A stretch of DNA of 64,000 nucleotides, from contig JAKLEP010000002.1 in the NCBI GenBank assembly GCA_022703055.1, positions 22,247 through 86,246 of the forward strand. Reading direction: 5' to 3'. This document shows positions 59,433-64,000 of this stretch, piece after piece (position 1 is the stretch's first letter; each line of letters begins with the position of its first letter). The position numbers were made by a program, and so were the translations under genes. The notes below the pieces were generated by a model. The model worked only from the letters and a program-made list of their open reading frames with translations. It made no database searches and was not told the origin of the DNA. This DNA comes from Candidatus Omnitrophota bacterium (lineage in GTDB: Bacteria > Omnitrophota > Gorgyraeia > VGKH01).

Positions 59433-59460
59433 TTGACAAACGTAAAATAGATAGTATACT
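59433..59460 (+). promoter_or_regulatory. Sigma70-like glnA promoter TTGACA-N16-TATACT
   Basis: -35 at 59433-59438 and -10 at 59455-59460, 31 nt upstream of the glnA ATG. Confidence 0.5.
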
Positions 59461-59475
59461 TTACAATTGTAAAGT
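59458..59475. promoter_or_regulatory. 18-bp perfect palindrome ACTTTACAATTGTAAAGT overlapping the -10/TSS of glnA (candidate repressor operator)
   Basis: Exact self-complementary sequence between the -10 hexamer and the RBS AAGGAGG. Confidence 0.45.
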
Positions 59476-59491
59476 TAATAAGGAGGAAACG

Positions 59492-61033
59492 ATGGCAAAA
59501 GATTATTTAAGTCCGACGGAAGCAGCCAAGATTCTGGGGATAACCAGGCAAGCGGTAATTGATCGTATAAAACACAAGGCTATACTGGCAGAAAAAGCCG
59601 GCAGGCAATATATTATCCCCAAAGACCAGATAAAACCTGGCAAGGAAACAAGGCAAAGAAAGGCTAAAATGCCTCTCTCTATTGTTTCTGAAGAACCCAG
59701 GGAAGAAATCACTCAGGATGCCAAAGAAGTACTGGCCAGCGTGGAAAAACACGCAATAAAAACCATCCAGCTTTGGTTTGTGGATATCCTGGGCATTTTA
59801 AAATGCGTCTCTATTACCGAAGGTGAGCTAAAGGAAGCTCTGGCTCACGGTAAAGGCTTTGATGGATCTTCAGTCGCAGGATTTGCCGAAGCGGAAGAAA
59901 GCGACATAATCGCCAAGCCCGACCCCTCTACATTTAAAATCTTGCCCTGGACCAAAGAAACTGGGCCAACTGCCAGAATATTCTGCGATATCTTGAATCC
60001 CGACCGTTCCCCTTATGAAGGAGACACAAGATACGTCTTAAAACGCGCTTTAGAGCGGGCCAAAAAACTTGGCTTCATCTTCAATGTCGGACCGGAAATC
60101 GAGTATTTCTATTTCAAGGGTGATAAAAAACCCGAGATTATTGATGAGGGATCATATTTTGAATTAATCCCTAATGATCTTGCCAATACCTTGAGGAATA
60201 AAACCGTAAGAATATTGGAAGATATGGGCATCACTATGGAAGCAACTCATCATGAAGTCGCTCCCAGCCAGCATGAAATCGATCCCAAATACACCGACGC
60301 CTTAACCGCCGCCGATAACGTAATAACTTCTAAATATGTCATCAAAGAAGTGGCGCAGCAGCACGGAGTCTACGCCACTTTTATGCCCAAGCCCCTTTTT
60401 GGAGTCAATGGTTCAGGCATGCATGTGCATCAGTCTTTGTTTCACGGACATAAAAATGCTTTCTTTGACAAAAAAGATAGGTACCATCTTTCGACAACTG
60501 CCAAGCAGTTTATCGCCGGCCAACTCAGGCACGCAAGAGAAATCTCTTCACTTGCTGCTCAATGGGTAAACTCTTACAAAAGATTGGTCGCCGGATACGA
60601 AGCTCCGGTTTATATTTCTTGGGCCCAGAAAAATAGGACTGCTTTAATAAGGGTGCCCCTGTATCGTCCGGGGAATGAAAAGGCTACCCGCGTGGAATTG
60701 CGTTGCCCAGATCCTGCCTGCAACCCGTATTTGGCATTTGCGGTTATGCTAGCCGCGGGACTGGAAGGAATTGAGAATAAATATAAGGTCCCTGATCCAG
60801 TTGAGCCGAATATCTATCATATGGCGATGGAAGAACGGGAAAGGCGCAAGCTTACTCCTCTTCCCGGCAACCTCTTCGAGGCTATCTTAGAGACTGAAAA
60901 GAGTAAATTCATCCGAGAAACTTTAGGCGAGCATGTCTTCGATAGGTTTCTATTTAATAAGAAAAAAGAGTGGGACGAATACAGAATCCAGATCTCGCAG
61001 CATGAAATAAAGAAATACCTTCCGCTACTTTAG
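59492..61033 (+). CDS. glnA: Glutamine synthetase type I with an N-terminal approximately 78-aa HTH_17-like extension
   Basis: 513 aa. GS motifs from residue ~80 on: [53 protein letters not shown]. The N-terminus [38 protein letters not shown] resembles excisionase-type HTH. Strong RBS AAGGAGG before the 59492 ATG. An alternative internal start is M60 (MPLSIV…, 59669), which would give a 454-aa GS. Confidence 0.85.
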   Translation: MAKDYLSPTEAAKILGITRQAVIDRIKHKAILAEKAGRQYIIPKDQIKPGKETRQRKAKMPLSIVSEEPREEITQDAKEVLASVEKHAIKTIQLWFVDILGILKCVSITEGELKEALAHGKGFDGSSVAGFAEAEESDIIAKPDPSTFKILPWTKETGPTARIFCDILNPDRSPYEGDTRYVLKRALERAKKLGFIFNVGPEIEYFYFKGDKKPEIIDEGSYFELIPNDLANTLRNKTVRILEDMGITMEATHHEVAPSQHEIDPKYTDALTAADNVITSKYVIKEVAQQHGVYATFMPKPLFGVNGSGMHVHQSLFHGHKNAFFDKKDRYHLSTTAKQFIAGQLRHAREISSLAAQWVNSYKRLVAGYEAPVYISWAQKNRTALIRVPLYRPGNEKATRVELRCPDPACNPYLAFAVMLAAGLEGIENKYKVPDPVEPNIYHMAMEERERRKLTPLPGNLFEAILETEKSKFIRETLGEHVFDRFLFNKKKEWDEYRIQISQHEIKKYLPLL

Positions 61034-62620
61034 CGCTGCTTTGATAAAATCCCTGAATAATGGGTGAGCTTTATCTGGCTTGGATTTGAATTCTGGATGG
61101 AACTGGCATGCCACAAACCAGGGATGGTCTTTTAATTCTACTATCTCTACGAGGCTAGATTCGGGATTAACTCCTGAGAACACCATCCCGTTTTTCTTCA
61201 TAACCTCGCCGTATTTATCATTGAATTCATAACGGTGCCTGTGTCTTTCAAGGATAGAATTCTTTTTATATGCTTCGTATGCAAGGGTTCCCTTGGAAAT
61301 CCGGCATTCGTATTCGCCAAGGCGCATGGTGGCACCCTTGTCCTTGACCTTCTTTTGCTCCTCCAGAAGGCTTATAACCGGATATTTGGTGTCCTCGTCA
61401 AACTCCGTAGAATTAGCATTATTCATGCCGCAGACGTTTCTAGCGAATTCGATGACTGCAGTCTGCATCCCCAGGCATATACCTAAAAATGGTATTTTAT
61501 TTTCCCGGGCATATTTTATCGCTTTAATCTTTCCTTCTATCCCCCGATAACCAAACCCTCCCGGAACAAGGATCCCCTGCACTCCTTTAAGATATTTTTC
61601 TGCCGAACTTTTTTCAATATCCTCCGAATCTATCTTTTTTATTAATAATCGGGTATCATTGGCTATTGCGCCATGGACTAATGCTTCATAGATAGATTTG
61701 TAGGTATCCTGTAAAGTTATATATTTTCCTACAACCGCAATTGTAACTTCTGATTTGGGGCATCTTATCCTTTTTAAAACATTATTTTCCCAGTCGGAAA
61801 GGTCGCTATCGCCGCATTTTAGATGAAGCAATCTTACAATAAGATTATCCAGCCCTTCTTTATGTAGATTAAGTGGTACCTCGTAAATACTTTTGACATC
61901 AATAGTGGGAATTACTGCTTCTTTATCGACATTGCAGAAAAGAGCGATCTTTTCTTTTGCCTCTTTACTGATTTCTCTATCCGCGCGGCAAAGAATAATA
62001 TCTGGTATGATTCCTATTTCTCGAAGCGTTCCGACGCTATGTTGAGTCGGCTTGGTCTTAATCTCTCCTGCAGACTTTATGTAAGGAACTAAAGTTACGT
62101 GAATATTGATCGCGTATTCTCTGCCCAGCTCAAGCTTAAGCTGTCTTATTGCTTCTAAAAACGGCAGGCCTTCAATATCGCCCACCGTCCCGCCGATCTC
62201 CACAATCACCACATCAATATTTTTCCCGGAAGCTATGCGGGTTATGCCGTTCTTTATTTCGTCAGTTATATGTGGAATAATCTGGACAGTTTTGCCAAGA
62301 TAATCCCCTTTTCTTTCTTTGGTTATTACGGAGTAATAAACTTTCCCGGTAGTAATATTATTATCTTTGGTGAGTTTTGCGCTGGTGAAACGTTCGTAAT
62401 GCCCCAAATCAAGGTCCGTCTCTGCGCCGTCGTCAGTGACATAGACTTCACCGTGTTGATAGGGATTCATCGTTCCCGGGTCAACATTGATGTAAGGGTC
62501 GCATTTGATTAGCGTAACTTTTAGTCCGCGCGACTCAAGAAGTTTCCCAACAGAAGCCGAGGCTATGCCTTTGCCTAAACTTGAAACAACCCCGCCTGTC
62601 ACAAATATATATTTAGCCAT
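61025..62620 (-). CDS. pyrG: CTP synthase
   Basis: 531 aa; [20 protein letters not shown]-terminus and the GICLGMQ glutamine amidotransferase motif. Confidence 0.9.
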   Translation of the reverse strand: MAKYIFVTGGVVSSLGKGIASASVGKLLESRGLKVTLIKCDPYINVDPGTMNPYQHGEVYVTDDGAETDLDLGHYERFTSAKLTKDNNITTGKVYYSVITKERKGDYLGKTVQIIPHITDEIKNGITRIASGKNIDVVIVEIGGTVGDIEGLPFLEAIRQLKLELGREYAINIHVTLVPYIKSAGEIKTKPTQHSVGTLREIGIIPDIILCRADREISKEAKEKIALFCNVDKEAVIPTIDVKSIYEVPLNLHKEGLDNLIVRLLHLKCGDSDLSDWENNVLKRIRCPKSEVTIAVVGKYITLQDTYKSIYEALVHGAIANDTRLLIKKIDSEDIEKSSAEKYLKGVQGILVPGGFGYRGIEGKIKAIKYARENKIPFLGICLGMQTAVIEFARNVCGMNNANSTEFDEDTKYPVISLLEEQKKVKDKGATMRLGEYECRISKGTLAYEAYKKNSILERHRHRYEFNDKYGEVMKKNGMVFSGVNPESSLVEIVELKDHPWFVACQFHPEFKSKPDKAHPLFRDFIKAALK

Positions 62621-62641
62621 ATCAACTCCTTTCGGCCATAA

Positions 62642-64000
62642 CTAAGCCTGAATCAATGATTGCAATGAATCTGTCCATTTATAATGCATATCTCTTAAAG
62701 ACAAATCTACCAGCGTTATCTTCTTTGACAAAATCTTGAGTTTGTTTCCGCCTGTTCTGCCGATTATGCGAAACGGTGCACCGTGCTTTCTAGCGATATC
62801 TCTAATCTTGGATGCTGACTCTTCACGACAGGAAAGAATTATGCGAGACTGCGATTCGCTAAACAACAATACATCGGATCTAAAATTATAATTTAAGTTT
62901 ATCTCTGCTCCTATTATGCGCTCACCTGAGATGCAACATTCTGCTAGCGCAACCGCTAAGCCACCTTCGGAACAATCATGGGCCGAATTTACCAAGCCTT
63001 TTCTGATTGATTCCAAAGCTGCCTGCTGCACAGACATTTCTAATTTTAAATCTAACCTAGGCGCATCACCATTTACTAAGCCATGGATAATTTTAAGATA
63101 TTCGCTGCCGCCCAAGTCTTCTTTATTTCTGCCTAAAAGAACGATTATATCGCTCTCTTCTTTAAAATATTGTGTGCAGATTCTTCTTGTATCGTCAATA
63201 ATTCCCACCATGCCTATAGTCGGTGTCGGGTAAATCGCGCCCTTTGGGCTTTCGTTATAAAAAGAGACATTGCCGCTAACAACGGGCAGCTTAAAAAACT
63301 TGCAGGCAGAAACGATCCCTTCTACGCAATTTTTAAATTGCCAAAATCTATCCGGCTTTTCCGGATTGCCGAAATTTAGACAATCGGTCACGGCTGCGGG
63401 TTCTGCGCCCGAACAAACTAAATTCCTCGCTGCCTCAGCGACAGCAATCTGAGCCCCTCTGTGGGGGTTCAGGTAACAGTAACGGCTATTACAATCAGTA
63501 GTGGCGGCTATGGCTTTATCTGTTCCTTTAATTCTCACCACTGCAGAGTCTGACCCAGGCAAGACAACAGTATTTGTTTGGACCATATGGTCATACTGTT
63601 CATAAACCCACTTCTTGCTTGCTATATTCGGCGAAGATAACAACTGCAAGAGAACTCTGTTGCAATCTCCAGGTTCAGATATTTTTGACAAACTTAATCT
63701 GTTTATTTGCTTCAAATAAGCAGGTTCTTTATAGGCGATATCGTAAACTGGGGCGTTGGTTAATGAATGCGCTTGAATTTCAGCTACAATTTCTCCTTTA
63801 TCCTTAATACGCACTATGCCATCATCTGTGACCCTGCCGATTACAGCTATGTTCAAATCCCATTTCTTAAATATTTTCTTTATTACTTCTTCCTTACCCT
63901 TACGAACACAGAGAAGCATCCGCTCCTGCGATTCCGACATCATGATTTCCCATGGCTCCATATCGGATTCTCGACGAGGAACTTTTTGCAGTTCAATATC
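62642..64000 (-). CDS. purL: Phosphoribosylformylglycinamidine synthase subunit PurL; N-terminus lies beyond the window end
   Basis: Frame open to the window edge; EPWEIMMSESQERMLL is the conserved mid-protein PurL block, so the true start is upstream of 64000. Confidence 0.8.
   Translation of the reverse strand, partial: DIELQKVPRRESDMEPWEIMMSESQERMLLCVRKGKEEVIKKIFKKWDLNIAVIGRVTDDGIVRIKDKGEIVAEIQAHSLTNAPVYDIAYKEPAYLKQINRLSLSKISEPGDCNRVLLQLLSSPNIASKKWVYEQYDHMVQTNTVVLPGSDSAVVRIKGTDKAIAATTDCNSRYCYLNPHRGAQIAVAEAARNLVCSGAEPAAVTDCLNFGNPEKPDRFWQFKNCVEGIVSACKFFKLPVVSGNVSFYNESPKGAIYPTPTIGMVGIIDDTRRICTQYFKEESDIIVLLGRNKEDLGGSEYLKIIHGLVNGDAPRLDLKLEMSVQQAALESIRKGLVNSAHDCSEGGLAVALAECCISGERIIGAEINLNYNFRSDVLLFSESQSRIILSCREESASKIRDIARKHGAPFRIIGRTGGNKLKILSKKITLVDLSLRDMHYKWTDSLQSLIQA

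Overview
This is a 64-kb chromosomal window from a low-GC bacterium that looks diderm (Gram-negative type), probably from an uncultivated lineage. The diderm call rests on the TolC/RND/MFP efflux operon, a TonB-like protein and the ADP-heptose genes gmhA and rfaE; SpoVG, an Asp23 pair next to accBC, and a PPi-dependent PFK are unusual companions for that. Genes are tightly packed, mostly on the minus strand. Main content, in order: a thiC-thiE operon that continues into gmhA, rfaE domain II and pfp; an accB-accC-Asp23 block; efp, pepP and aroQ; an envelope/secreted-protein patch containing a STAS-PilZ fusion and cspA; two HD-GYP phosphodiesterases; spoVG; a fatty-acid/ribosomal cluster yceD-rpmF-plsX-fabH-fabD-(HTH)-fabF that lacks acpP and fabG and continues into a thioester-reductase-type SDR, a CrtI-like flavoenzyme and an HD-GYP gene; coaD, rsmD and recG; an ECF sigma/anti-sigma pair; a MarR-TolC-MFP-RND efflux operon; one complete rRNA operon on the minus strand (16S, tRNA-Ile, tRNA-Ala, 23S, 5S); and glnA, pyrG and purL. 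The most unusual structure is at 19.7-24.9 kb, where three paralogous four-helix-bundle genes (23S-IVS-protein family) and one GIY-YIG mini-gene are each bracketed exactly at their start and stop codons by terminal inverted repeats; the GIY-YIG unit also has a pair of near-identical flanking hairpins. These look like IVS-like or hairpin-ended selfish cassettes inserted into protein-coding and intergenic DNA rather than into rRNA. All calls come from reading the sequence and recalling protein families; no database search was run.
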